Of a DNA stretch of 53,965 bases, positions 32,387 to 40,806 are shown piece by piece. Position numbers and translations under genes: made by a program. Source of the DNA: an uncultured Coriobacteriaceae bacterium (lineage in GTDB: Bacteria > Actinomycetota > Coriobacteriia > Coriobacteriales > UMGS124). Below the pieces are notes generated by a model. That model did no database searches, was not told the origin of the DNA, and saw only the letters and a program-made list of their open reading frames with translations. The stretch's first letter is position 1. Each line of letters starts with the position of its first letter. The stretch covers positions 2,039 to 56,003 of the forward strand of contig CAZEAF010000003.1 in NCBI GenBank assembly GCA_964510125.1. Direction: 5' to 3'.

Positions 32387-32923
32387 CTAGATGGACGCAA
32401 TCTGCTCGAGCGTCAGGTCGACCGGCGTCTTGCGGCCGAAGATGGTGACCATGACGCAGACCTTGCCGGTCTCGGGGCTGACCTCGGACACCGTGCCGTC
32501 GAAGCCCTCGAGCGGGCCCGAGGTGACCTTGACGGCCTGGCCAATCTCGAGGCTGATTGAGGTGCGCGCAGGAGTCTCGCCAGGCTCGCCGGAGTGCATA
32601 ATCTTGTCGAACTCGGCGCGGGTGAGGGGCACCGCCTTGCCGTCGACGCCGACGAAGCCGGTGACGCCGGGGGTGTTGCGCACGACCGACCAGGTGTGGT
32701 CGTCCATCTCCATCTTGACCAGAACGTAGCCCGGCAGGACCTTGGACTCCTTGATGACCCGCTGGCCGCCCTCCTTGACCTCGGTGAGCTCCTCGGTCGG
32801 AATCTTGATGTCCACGACCTTGTCAGCCACACCGAGCGTCTCGATGCGATGCTCGAGATCGTTCTTGACCTTGTTCTCGTAACCGGAGTAGACGTGCAGG
32901 ATATACCAACGCTTGGCTGCCAT
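32387..32923 (-). CDS. nusG: Transcription termination/antitermination factor NusG
   Basis: WYILHVYSGYENKV, PGYVLV, TPGVTGFVG, KOW domain, IFGRKTPV. Confidence 0.98.
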   Translation of the reverse strand: MAAKRWYILHVYSGYENKVKNDLEHRIETLGVADKVVDIKIPTEELTEVKEGGQRVIKESKVLPGYVLVKMEMDDHTWSVVRNTPGVTGFVGVDGKAVPLTRAEFDKIMHSGEPGETPARTSISLEIGQAVKVTSGPLEGFDGTVSEVSPETGKVCVMVTIFGRKTPVDLTLEQIASI

Positions 32924-32926
32924 GTG

Positions 32927-33298
32927 CTAACCCCTCAATCCCGAGAACGCGAGCAACGCCGGCACGACGGCCGAGTCGACGATGTAGATGAGCAGGCCGA
33001 AGAAGACCAGCATGGCCACGACCGCACCCGAGTACTTGATGAGCTCACTGCGGGAGGGCCACACGACACGCTTGGTCTCCTGGCGGACGCCCTGGAAATA
33101 CCCTTTGACACGAGCGATGAGGCCGGGCTTGGCGCTCTTGCCCTTGGAACCCTTGGAACCCTTGGCGCCCTTCTTGTCCGCCTTGGGGGCAGGGACCGCC
33201 TTGGCCTGGGCCTTGACCGGCTTGGCCTTGGCGGAACCATCCTGAGCCGTCGGGCTCAGGGCCTGATCCGTGGCGCTCTGTTTTGTCTTGGATGCCAT
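32927..33298 (-). CDS. secE: Preprotein translocase subunit SecE
   Basis: ETKRVVWPSR plus one TM helix; between tRNA-Trp and nusG. Confidence 0.93.
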   Translation of the reverse strand: MASKTKQSATDQALSPTAQDGSAKAKPVKAQAKAVPAPKADKKGAKGSKGSKGKSAKPGLIARVKGYFQGVRQETKRVVWPSRSELIKYSGAVVAMLVFFGLLIYIVDSAVVPALLAFSGLRG

Positions 33299-33353
33299 CC
33301 AGCGGTCCTTTTCGCTCGTCGAACCCTTGCGGCGCCGTTCGGCGCCCTTTCAG

Positions 33354-33389
33354 AAAAAAAGCCCGCGCTCTCTTGCGAGAGGAGCGGGC
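33354..33389 (-). terminator. Terminator-like hairpin between tRNA-Trp and secE
   Basis: GCCCGC...GCGGGC interrupted stem plus T7. Confidence 0.65.
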
Positions 33390-33399
33390 CGTACGTGGC

Positions 33400-33476
33400 T
33401 GGCAGGCCAGGAGGGACTCGAACCCCCAACAAACGGTTTTGGAGACCGCCGCTCTACCAATTGGAGCTACTGGCCT
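33400..33476 (-). tRNA. tRNA-Trp(CCA)
   Basis: Cloverleaf AGGCCAG...CTCCAAA anticodon loop...TTCGAGT...CTGGCCTGCCA. Confidence 0.96.
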
Positions 33477-33492
33477 ATAACCGGCGAGGATA

Positions 33493-33642
33493 CTAGCGCG
33501 TCTCCTTGTGCAGCGTATGATGACGGCACCAGGGGCAGTACTTCTTGAGCTCGAGACGATCAGGGGTCGTCTGCTTGTTCTTCGTCGTCGTATAGTTACG
33601 GCGCTTGCACTCAGAGCATGCAAGGGTGACCATAGTGCGCAT
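33493..33642 (-). CDS. rpmG: 50S ribosomal protein L33 (Zn-ribbon type)
   Basis: Manual translation [49 protein letters not shown]. Confidence 0.97.
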   Translation of the reverse strand: MRTMVTLACSECKRRNYTTTKNKQTTPDRLELKKYCPWCRHHTLHKETR

Positions 33643-33690
33643 GAAAACCTCCGTGTGAGTTAGCCCTGTATCTCTCGGGCACGGGTTAGT

Positions 33691-33720
33691 ACTCTAACAA
33701 ACCAGTTTCGTCTGTGTCAA
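33691..33720 (-). promoter_or_regulatory. Promoter of rpmG-tRNA-Trp-secE-nusG
   Basis: TTGACA-N18-TAGAGT with extended -10 TG. Confidence 0.7.
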
Positions 33721-33827
33721 CGTGCCCCTTCCCTTGCACACAATGCCATCATGCGAGGTATTCGCGCAAGGGAAGACGCACGCCGCCGACCCCGGGGAAC
33801 ACGCTCCCCTAGCGGGGCCTGGGCAAG

Positions 33828-33860
33828 AAAAAGGGCCCGGCCTCCAGAGAAGCCGGGCCC
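33828..33860 (-). terminator. Intrinsic terminator after tuf
   Basis: GGGCCCGGC/GCCGGGCCC stem plus TTTTT. Confidence 0.75.
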
Positions 33861-33881
33861 CCTCGTCAGTCCGAGTAAGGG

Positions 33882-35072
33882 CTACTCGATAATGGTGGAG
33901 ATGGTGCCGGAGCCGACCGTGTGGCCGCCCTCGCGGATAGCGAAGCGCAGGCCCTCCTCCATGCAGATCGGGTGAATGAGCTCGCCCGTAATCGTCACGT
34001 GGTCGCCGGGCATGACCATCTCGGTGCCCTCGGGCAGCTTGACGGTGCCGGTGACGTCGGTCGTGCGGAAGTAGAACTGGGGACGGTAGCCGTCGAAGAA
34101 CGGGGTGTGACGGCCGCCCTCCTCCTTGGTCAGGACGTAGACCTCGCCCGTGAACTTGGTGTGGGCGTGGACCGAGCCGGGCTTGCAGAGAATCTGGCCG
34201 CGCTCGATGTCATCGCGCTTGATGCCACGGAGCAGGACGCCGACGTTGTCGCCGGCCTCGGCGAAGTCCAGGGTCTTGCGGAACATCTCGATGCCGGTGG
34301 CGACGGTGGTCTGCGTGGGCCTGATGCCGACAATCTCGAGCGGGTCGTTGAGCTTGAGCTCGCCGCGCTCGACACGGCCGGTGGCAACGGTGCCGCGGCC
34401 GGAGATGGTCATGGTGTCCTCGACGCCCATCAGGAAGGGCTTCTCGTTGTCGCGAGGAGGCGTGGGGATGTAATCATCGACAGCCTTCATGAGCTCGCGG
34501 ACAGACTCGACCCACTTCTCGTCGCCGTCGAGGGCGCCCAGGGCGGAGCCGCGGATAATCGGCAGGTCGTCGCCCGGGAAGTCGTACTCGGACAGCAGGT
34601 CGCGGGTCTCCATCTCGACCAGGTCGATGAGCTCGTCGTCGTCGACCATGTCGCACTTGTTGAGGAAGACGACGATGGCGGGCACGCCGACCTGACGGGC
34701 GAGCAGGATGTGCTCGCGGGTCTGGGCCATGGGGCCGTCGGTGGCGGCGATGACCAAGATAGCGCCGTCCATCTGGGCAGCACCGGTAATCATGTTCTTA
34801 ACGTAGTCGGCGTGGCCGGGGCAGTCGACGTGGGCGTAGTGACGGGCCTGGGTCTCGTACTCGACGTGGGCGACATTGATGGTGATGCCGCGCTGACGCT
34901 CCTCGGGGGCCTTGTCGATGTTCTCGAAGGCGGTGTAGTCAGCCTTGCAGCCGTCAGTCACGGACAGAACCTTGGTGATGGCTGCCGTCAGGGTCGTCTT
35001 GCCGTGATCGACGTGGCCGATCGTACCAATGTTCACGTGTGGCTTGTCGCGAACAAACTTCTCCTTGGCCAT
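33882..35072 (-). CDS. tuf: Elongation factor Tu
   Basis: [18 protein letters not shown], 396 aa. Confidence 0.99.
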   Translation of the reverse strand: MAKEKFVRDKPHVNIGTIGHVDHGKTTLTAAITKVLSVTDGCKADYTAFENIDKAPEERQRGITINVAHVEYETQARHYAHVDCPGHADYVKNMITGAAQMDGAILVIAATDGPMAQTREHILLARQVGVPAIVVFLNKCDMVDDDELIDLVEMETRDLLSEYDFPGDDLPIIRGSALGALDGDEKWVESVRELMKAVDDYIPTPPRDNEKPFLMGVEDTMTISGRGTVATGRVERGELKLNDPLEIVGIRPTQTTVATGIEMFRKTLDFAEAGDNVGVLLRGIKRDDIERGQILCKPGSVHAHTKFTGEVYVLTKEEGGRHTPFFDGYRPQFYFRTTDVTGTVKLPEGTEMVMPGDHVTITGELIHPICMEEGLRFAIREGGHTVGSGTISTIIE

Positions 35073-35135
35073 AGCTCTCCTCCTCTAGGGGATTTACTCC
35101 GGCTGGCTGACCGGTTGTGACACAGAACGGGCAAC

Positions 35136-35144
35136 ACTATAACA
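35136..35144 (-). promoter_or_regulatory. Putative extended -10 promoter for tuf
   Basis: TGT-TATAGT between tRNA-Met and tuf. Confidence 0.45.
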
Positions 35145-35190
35145 CCCTGATAGAGCGAGCGGCCCGTAAGGGCCGCCTTTAGCACAAAAA

Positions 35191-35267
35191 TGGTAGCGGT
35201 GACTGGATTCGAACCGGTGACATCGCGGGTATGAGCCGCGTGCTCTAACCAACTGAGCTACACCGCC
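35191..35267 (-). tRNA. tRNA-Met(CAT), elongator type
   Basis: GGCGGTG acceptor, CTCATAC loop, TTCGAAT, ACCA end. Confidence 0.93.
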
Positions 35268-35299
35268 ACTTTTCCGAAACTCCGCACGGCGAGAAGAGG

Positions 35300-35375
35300 T
35301 GGAGCCTGCGACCGGACTTGAACCGGTGGCCTCCTCGTTACCAACGAGGTGCTCTACCGACTGAGCTACACAGGC
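35300..35375 (-). tRNA. tRNA-Thr(GGT)
   Basis: GCCTGTG acceptor, TTGGTAA loop, TTCAAGT, TCCA end. Confidence 0.95.
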
Positions 35376-35380
35376 ACAAC

Positions 35381-35465
35381 TGGTGGGAGCGCAAGGATTC
35401 GAACCTTGGTAGGCAGAGCCAACGGAGTTACAGTCCGTCCCCATTAACCACTCGGGCACACTCCC
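35381..35465 (-). tRNA. tRNA-Tyr(GTA)
   Basis: 85 nt, CTGTAAC loop, long variable arm, ACCA end. Confidence 0.96.
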
Positions 35466-35526
35466 ACTTCCTCGCACGCACAGAATCTCGTGCGCTGTCA
35501 TGCGTTTCCGCGCAACAGCGAAGGTG

Positions 35527-35555
35527 AATATACGCTACTGGCTGGGGGCTGTCAA
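35527..35555 (-). promoter_or_regulatory. Promoter of tRNA-Tyr-Thr-Met(-tuf)
   Basis: TTGACA-N17-TATATT. Confidence 0.8.
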
Positions 35556-35663
35556 ACAGGGGTGGTCAAAAAAAGGCAGTTCACCGTCTCGCCACATCTT
35601 TTCCCGCCCAGCCGGGCCCACAGAAGCATCGTTGCAGCTCAATGTCTTTTTCTAGCCCGAATG

Positions 35664-35693
35664 CAAGAAGGCCCCGGCGGGTGCCGGGGCCTT
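35664..35693 (-). terminator. Hairpin terminator after tRNA-Thr(TGT)
   Basis: AAGGCCCCGGC/GCCGGGGCCTT 11-bp stem; short T-rich tail. Confidence 0.55.
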
Positions 35694-35721
35694 GGGCGCG
35701 CATGGGGCGCGTGAGTCTGCA

Positions 35722-35796
35722 TGGAGCCGACGGCGAGGCTCGAACTCGCAACCTACCGCTTACAAGGCGGTTGCTCTACCATTGAGCTACATCGGC
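35722..35796 (-). tRNA. tRNA-Thr(TGT)
   Basis: GCCGATG acceptor, CTTGTAA loop, TTCGAGC, TCCA end. Confidence 0.95.
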
Positions 35797-35863
35797 GCTC
35801 GCCGCATCATAGCGTGAGTGGCGTCAATGCGCCAGCCCCAACCAGACAGATTGCCAAGGACGC

Positions 35864-36349
35864 CTACAGAGCCGCCACGAACGTCACCGTCACCACCAGA
35901 GCCACGACCAGGCCAACGATCGAGGCCATGCGCATCTTGGGCGAGGCGTTCTTGGCCACGGCGAAGTAGATGACCATGGGGACGAAGGCCAGGGTGCCGA
36001 AAAAGGCGCTGAGCAGGCTCGAGGTGGGCGCGGCGCTTCCCTTGCCCTTGGCCCGGATGCCCCCGGCCCTCTTCCACAGAAGGGCGCCCGCCAGGGAGGC
36101 CGCCAGACCCAGGGCAAGGCCGACGACCAGCTCCACCCAGCCCGGCCAGCCCAGCCCTATCTTGACGCTGCCCGTGGCGCAGAGGATGCCGAGGACCTCG
36201 GCCGCAAAGCCCACCAGCCAGATTGCGACGGCCCCTGCGCGCAGGCCCAAGGTGCCCTGGGGCCTCTCGAAGTCGGTAGCGTGCTCGTCGGTGGTCTTGG
36301 ACCAGGCCTTGGGCGTCGCCTGCTTGTCCTTAGTGTCTGATTGAGCCAT
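35864..36349 (-). CDS. Hypothetical membrane protein (~4 TM)
   Basis: ATG after GAGAGG SD; charged N-terminus then four hydrophobic segments; overlaps end of NYN gene. Confidence 0.7.
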   Translation of the reverse strand: MAQSDTKDKQATPKAWSKTTDEHATDFERPQGTLGLRAGAVAIWLVGFAAEVLGILCATGSVKIGLGWPGWVELVVGLALGLAASLAGALLWKRAGGIRAKGKGSAAPTSSLLSAFFGTLAFVPMVIYFAVAKNASPKMRMASIVGLVVALVVTVTFVAAL

Positions 36350-36944
36350 TTCCTCTCCCCTCTCGGTCTGGGGCCTCCCGGCCGTCGTCCCCGTGGGCGT
36401 CGCGGCCCTGGGCCATGAGCCACAGGGCATGACGGACGTCGCCGGGCACCCGGTCGGCCACCGTTGCCTTCTTGTACTTGGGATTGTCCCTCTGTTCGTC
36501 AATGCGCTTGTTCATCTGCTGGGTCTCGCCCGCGAACTCACGGGAGGAGACCCGCCTCACCCCGTCGCCGAAGACCGTGGACTGGATGAGGCGGTCGGAG
36601 GTCACCACGGTGACGGCCCGGCCCTTGGCGCGCCCCTCGGTCACCAGGCGCTCCACGACGGCGTCGGCCTCCTCGTCGGGCTCGGAGAAGACCACGTCGA
36701 TGCCTGCGGTGTGCCTGACCTCGCGGTTTGGGTCGGGGTTGCCGAAGCCGTCAAAGACAACCGTGGCGTCGTAGCGCCCCTTGGCATAGGCCGCCACGTC
36801 GGCGACGAGGGCCGCACGGGCGCGGATGTAGACGTCGTGCAAAAGGGGGTCCAGAATCTCCTCGTCGATGAGGACCCGGTACTTGGAGACCGAGCGGATG
36901 ACGTTGTACCCGTCCACGACGAGCATGCGGCCCCGGCCCCCCAT
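36330..36944 (-). CDS. NYN-domain ribonuclease, YacP/Rae1 family
   Basis: VVDGYNVI, VVFDG, EEAD, VVTSD; located downstream of rlmB like B. subtilis yacP. Confidence 0.88.
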   Translation of the reverse strand: MGGRGRMLVVDGYNVIRSVSKYRVLIDEEILDPLLHDVYIRARAALVADVAAYAKGRYDATVVFDGFGNPDPNREVRHTAGIDVVFSEPDEEADAVVERLVTEGRAKGRAVTVVTSDRLIQSTVFGDGVRRVSSREFAGETQQMNKRIDEQRDNPKYKKATVADRVPGDVRHALWLMAQGRDAHGDDGREAPDREGRGNGSIRH

Positions 36945-37780
36945 CAACGCGGCCCTCCCTCAGACCGGCACTGGCGTAGCCACTCGTAGCAGATGGCGCA
37001 GGTTGCCTGGGCGACGTTGAGCGAGCCCACATGGCCCGCCTGGGGCAGGCGAACGAGGAAGTCGCAGTTTTCCCGGACCAGGCGGGAGACACCCTCCCCT
37101 TCCGAGCCCACGACCAGGGCTATACGGCCGGACAGGGGCGCGTTCCACACGTCTTGAACGGCCTTCTCAGAGGCCCCCGCCACCCAGTAGCCGGCCCGCT
37201 TGAGCACCTCGAGGGCACCGGACAGGTTAGGGACCTGGGCTATGGGCAGGTGGAGAGCCGCGCCGGCCGAGGTCTTGTAGACGCCGACCGTGACCTGGGC
37301 CGCCCGCTTGGAGGGTATGACGACGCCGTCGGCGCCCACTACCTCAGCGCAGCGAATGATGGCACCCAGATTGCCCTCGTCGGTGATGTGGTCGGCGACG
37401 ATGACGAGGGAGTCGTCCTTGGCGCCGCCGGTCCGGGCCAGGTCCTCGATGGGCGTGTAGCGGTAGGGCGGAACCTCAACCATGATGCCCTGATGGGCGC
37501 CGTGGCTGGACCCCCGCTCACTCAGCCTGTCCAGGGTCTCACGGGGGACGGTCTGCACCTCCACGTCGGGGAAGGCCTCGCGGATGCGGGCCAGCAAGGG
37601 CGCCAGGTCGTCCTGGGTCGTGGCCTCCCGCCTGGCCGGACGGCTGCCGCGGCCCTTTGTCCCGCGGGCCTTGTCGGCCGGGTGGGGCTCGGTGGCCTGA
37701 ACGAGGACCCGGCGAATCCGGACTCCGGACCGCAGGACCTCCTCGACCGCCCGGCGCCCCTCGACGTAGCTAGCTGCCAT
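36944..37780 (-). CDS. rlmB: 23S rRNA (G2251-2'-O)-methyltransferase, TrmH/SPOUT family
   Basis: HQGI, ITDEGNLGAIIR, KTSAGA, GSEGEG, SLNVA. Confidence 0.92.
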   Translation of the reverse strand: MAASYVEGRRAVEEVLRSGVRIRRVLVQATEPHPADKARGTKGRGSRPARREATTQDDLAPLLARIREAFPDVEVQTVPRETLDRLSERGSSHGAHQGIMVEVPPYRYTPIEDLARTGGAKDDSLVIVADHITDEGNLGAIIRCAEVVGADGVVIPSKRAAQVTVGVYKTSAGAALHLPIAQVPNLSGALEVLKRAGYWVAGASEKAVQDVWNAPLSGRIALVVGSEGEGVSRLVRENCDFLVRLPQAGHVGSLNVAQATCAICYEWLRQCRSEGGPR

Positions 37781-37789
37781 GACCGCTCC

Positions 37790-39262
37790 CTAGGACCTGT
37801 GGACGCGCGCGCCGCCGGCCGTGTCCTCTATGACCAGGCCCAGGGCCTGGAGCCCGTCGCGGATAGCGTCGGCCAGGCCCCAGTCGCGCCGCGACCGGGC
37901 ATCGGCGCGCAGGTCCAGCAGAGCCTTGACAGCCTCCTCGGGGTCCTCCCCCACCTGGCAGTCGTGTTGGCGGGCCAGGTCGACGACCTCGTGAGGCAGG
38001 TCCTCGCCGGGCTCCTGCTTGCGCCCGTCGATGCCGAAGACACCGAGGAGCTCAACGATGGCCTCGGCCGCCTGGCGCACGGCCGCCTCCCCCACCTGGC
38101 CGCCCGCCACGTCCAGGTAGACGTTGGCGGCGGACACCAGGTCGAAGACGCAGGCCAGGGCCCCGGCCGTGTTGAAGTCGTCGTCCATACTGGCCTTGAA
38201 GCCCTCGCGGGCCTTGGCGACCGCCGCGCCCAGGGCCCGGGCGGCCTCGCTGTCCTCAGGGGCACCGGCCGTCTGGTCAGCGGCCCAGTTGAGGTTGGCG
38301 ACCGTGCCGCGAATCCGCTCCAGGTTGGCCTGGGCGCCCCTGAGACGGTCGAAGGAGAAGTCCAGGTCGTTGCGGTAGTGAGTCTGGAGCATGAGGAGGC
38401 GCAGGGCGTCGGCCGGGTACTGGTCGAGCACCTCCTTGAGGGTGAAGAAGTTGCCGAGCGACTTGGACATCTTGGCCCCGTCGACCCTTAGCATGCCCGT
38501 GTGCATCCAGTGGTTGGCAAAGACGGAGCCCCAGCAGGACTCGGCCTGGGCGCTCTCGTTCTCGTGGTGGGGGAAGGCCAGGTCGCTGCCGCCGCCGTGG
38601 ATATCGATGGGCATGCCCAGGTAGCGGTGGACCATGACGGCGCACTCGGTGTGCCAGCCGGGACGGCCCGGGCCCCAGGGGGAGTCCCAGGTGGGCTCGC
38701 CGGGCTTGGCGGCCTTCCAGAGGACGAAGTCCAGCGGGTCCCGCTTGGCGTCCTCGGTGGCCACGCGGGCACCGGCCCTCTGCTCCTCGACGTCACGGTT
38801 GGACACGTGACCGTAGTCGGGATCGGACTTGACCGAGAAGTAGACGTCGGGGCCCGACTGGTAGGCATGTCCCTGGTCGATGAGCTGGGAAATCATGTCA
38901 ATCATGCCGTCGACCTCTTGGGTGGCGCGGGGGCGGATGTCGGGAGGCATGATGCCGAAGCGGTCCATGACGTCGATGAAGGCCTGGGTGAACTCCGCGG
39001 AGACCTCCTCGGTCGTCCGGCCGCCCTCGTTGGCCCGGTTGATGATCTTGTCGTCGACGTCGGTGAGGTTCTGGGCCATGGTGACCTTGTAGCCCGAGGC
39101 CATGAGCCAGCGTCTGACGATGTCAAAGGAGAAGAAGGTGCGGGCGTTACCGATGTGGACGTTGTCGTAGACCGTGGGCCCGCACACGTACATGCGCACA
39201 TGGCCGGGCTCCAGCGGCTCGAAGTCAACCTTCGCTCGCTGCGAGCTGTCGTAGATTCTCAT
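37790..39262 (-). CDS. cysS: Cysteine--tRNA ligase
   Basis: CGPTVY, HIGN, GRPGWHTEC, KMSKS. Confidence 0.98.
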   Translation of the reverse strand: MRIYDSSQRAKVDFEPLEPGHVRMYVCGPTVYDNVHIGNARTFFSFDIVRRWLMASGYKVTMAQNLTDVDDKIINRANEGGRTTEEVSAEFTQAFIDVMDRFGIMPPDIRPRATQEVDGMIDMISQLIDQGHAYQSGPDVYFSVKSDPDYGHVSNRDVEEQRAGARVATEDAKRDPLDFVLWKAAKPGEPTWDSPWGPGRPGWHTECAVMVHRYLGMPIDIHGGGSDLAFPHHENESAQAESCWGSVFANHWMHTGMLRVDGAKMSKSLGNFFTLKEVLDQYPADALRLLMLQTHYRNDLDFSFDRLRGAQANLERIRGTVANLNWAADQTAGAPEDSEAARALGAAVAKAREGFKASMDDDFNTAGALACVFDLVSAANVYLDVAGGQVGEAAVRQAAEAIVELLGVFGIDGRKQEPGEDLPHEVVDLARQHDCQVGEDPEEAVKALLDLRADARSRRDWGLADAIRDGLQALGLVIEDTAGGARVHRS

Positions 39263-39287
39263 GCCTGATTCCCTTTCGCGCAGGCCG

Positions 39288-39764
39288 TTAGTTCTCGAGC
39301 AAGGCAACCGCCCAGGCGGCTATGCCCTCTTCCCTACCCACGAAGCCCAGGCGCTCGGTGGTCGTCGCCTTGAGGCCCACCGCCGACACGTCGACGCCCG
39401 CGGCCTTGGCCAGGTTGGCCCTCATCTGGTCCCGGTAGGGCGAGAGCTTGGGGGCCTGGGCCGCTATGGTGCAGTCGCAGTCCACCAGTTCGAACCCCGC
39501 CGCCCGCACGACCTCCATGACCTTGGCCAGCAGGACCATGGAGTCGGCCCCCAGAAAGGCCGGGTCGGTGTCGGGGAAGAGCCTGCCGATATCGCCTAGG
39601 CGGGCCGCCCCCAGGATGGCGTCTGCCAGGGCGTGGGCGACGACGTCGGCGTCGGAGTGGCCGTCGAGTCCTCTGTCATAGGGGACGTCGACCCCGCCCA
39701 GGACCAGGCGGCGGTTGGGGGCGAAGGCGTGGACGTCGTAGCCGTGGCCGATGTGCAGCCCCAT
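39288..39764 (-). CDS. ispF: 2-C-methyl-D-erythritol 2,4-cyclodiphosphate synthase
   Basis: GYDVH, GHSDADV, GDIG, KATTTE. Confidence 0.97.
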   Translation of the reverse strand: MGLHIGHGYDVHAFAPNRRLVLGGVDVPYDRGLDGHSDADVVAHALADAILGAARLGDIGRLFPDTDPAFLGADSMVLLAKVMEVVRAAGFELVDCDCTIAAQAPKLSPYRDQMRANLAKAAGVDVSAVGLKATTTERLGFVGREEGIAAWAVALLEN

Positions 39765-40672
39765 CAGGAATCAGCCCCGTCTTCCCCATCAACCTTGGCC
39801 CCGTAGCGCTGGTGCAGGAAGGCCACGATGGGGGCCAGGTCCTCGGGGACCGTGAGCTTAAGGTTGTCGCGCGGACACCGGACCAGGACCACGCGGCCAC
39901 CCACCCGCTCGACCAGGGACGAGTCATCCGTGCCGATGAAGCCCTCCTCCATGGCGGCGGCGTGGGCCTGGCGCAGGACGTCGGCGTGGAAGATCTGCGG
40001 GGTCTGGGCCACCCAGAACATGGACCGGTCGGGCGTGCCCACCACGACGTCGCCGTCGATGACCTTGAGGGTGTCGATGGCCGGGTGGCCGCAGCCTACG
40101 CCGTCGGCGTCGAGCGTGCCCTTGAGCACGTTGATGGCGTGGACGATGGTCTCGGGCAGGATGACCGGCCGGGCCCCGTCGTGCATGGCTATGAACTTGA
40201 AGCTGTCGGGCACGGCCTCGACGCCGGCCATAGCGGACTCCTGGCGGAGCTGGCCCGAGGCCACAAGCTTGACGGGGGTCACAATGCCGTAGGGGTCGAT
40301 AGCCAGGCTCTGGAACTCGTCAATCCGCTCGCCCGGGACCACGACCACAATCAGGCCCACCTGGCTGACCGCGTCAAAGGCCTGGACAGACCAGGTGAGC
40401 AGGGGCTTGCCCAGAACGGGCATGAGCTGCTTGCCGCCCGAGCGGCCAAAGCGCTCGCCCGAGCCGCCGGCCACAATGACCGCCGCCACGTCGGCCTTCT
40501 TGCCCACCACGCCGCGGCCTTGGGGGGCCGGCTCGGCCGTCGGGCGGGGCAGGCCCATGACGCTGTCGTCGACCGCCTCGACCGCCTGGAGTATCGAAGG
40601 TGGCTCGACGACCGGGTCGGCCAGGTCGTCGAGGTCGATACCGTCCATCAGGGGATGAGTGGCCATGGCCAT
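39764..40672 (-). CDS. ispD: 2-C-methyl-D-erythritol 4-phosphate cytidylyltransferase with N-terminal extension
   Basis: AGGSGERFG..KQ, RQES, HDGARP, QTPQ, TDD, NLKLT.PED; exact start uncertain. Confidence 0.93.
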   Translation of the reverse strand: MAMATHPLMDGIDLDDLADPVVEPPSILQAVEAVDDSVMGLPRPTAEPAPQGRGVVGKKADVAAVIVAGGSGERFGRSGGKQLMPVLGKPLLTWSVQAFDAVSQVGLIVVVVPGERIDEFQSLAIDPYGIVTPVKLVASGQLRQESAMAGVEAVPDSFKFIAMHDGARPVILPETIVHAINVLKGTLDADGVGCGHPAIDTLKVIDGDVVVGTPDRSMFWVAQTPQIFHADVLRQAHAAAMEEGFIGTDDSSLVERVGGRVVLVRCPRDNLKLTVPEDLAPIVAFLHQRYGAKVDGEDGADS

Positions 40673-40806
40673 GGTTGCCCGCCCTTCTTTTGCACGCCCG
40701 AACAGACAAGCGGGCCGCGTCCCTCCGAGGAGGTGGCGCGGCCTGCGTCGATTACGCCACGGCTTAGCATACCACGCGCCGGCCCGATGACCGCGCTGGC
40801 ACTATA

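Noticed and set aside
33141-33172. 9-bp tandem repeat (CCCTTGGAA) in secE
   Set aside because: Encodes a low-complexity KGS/KGA linker; in frame, not a CRISPR or contingency locus.
35191-35796. tRNA cluster as a possible integration site for a mobile element
   Set aside because: No integrase, no duplicated tRNA 3' end and no compositional shift nearby.
35806-35827. TTGACG and TATGAT upstream of tRNA-Thr(TGT) as a -35/-10 pair
   Set aside because: Spacing is only 10 nt. The -10 may be real but the pair is not supportable.
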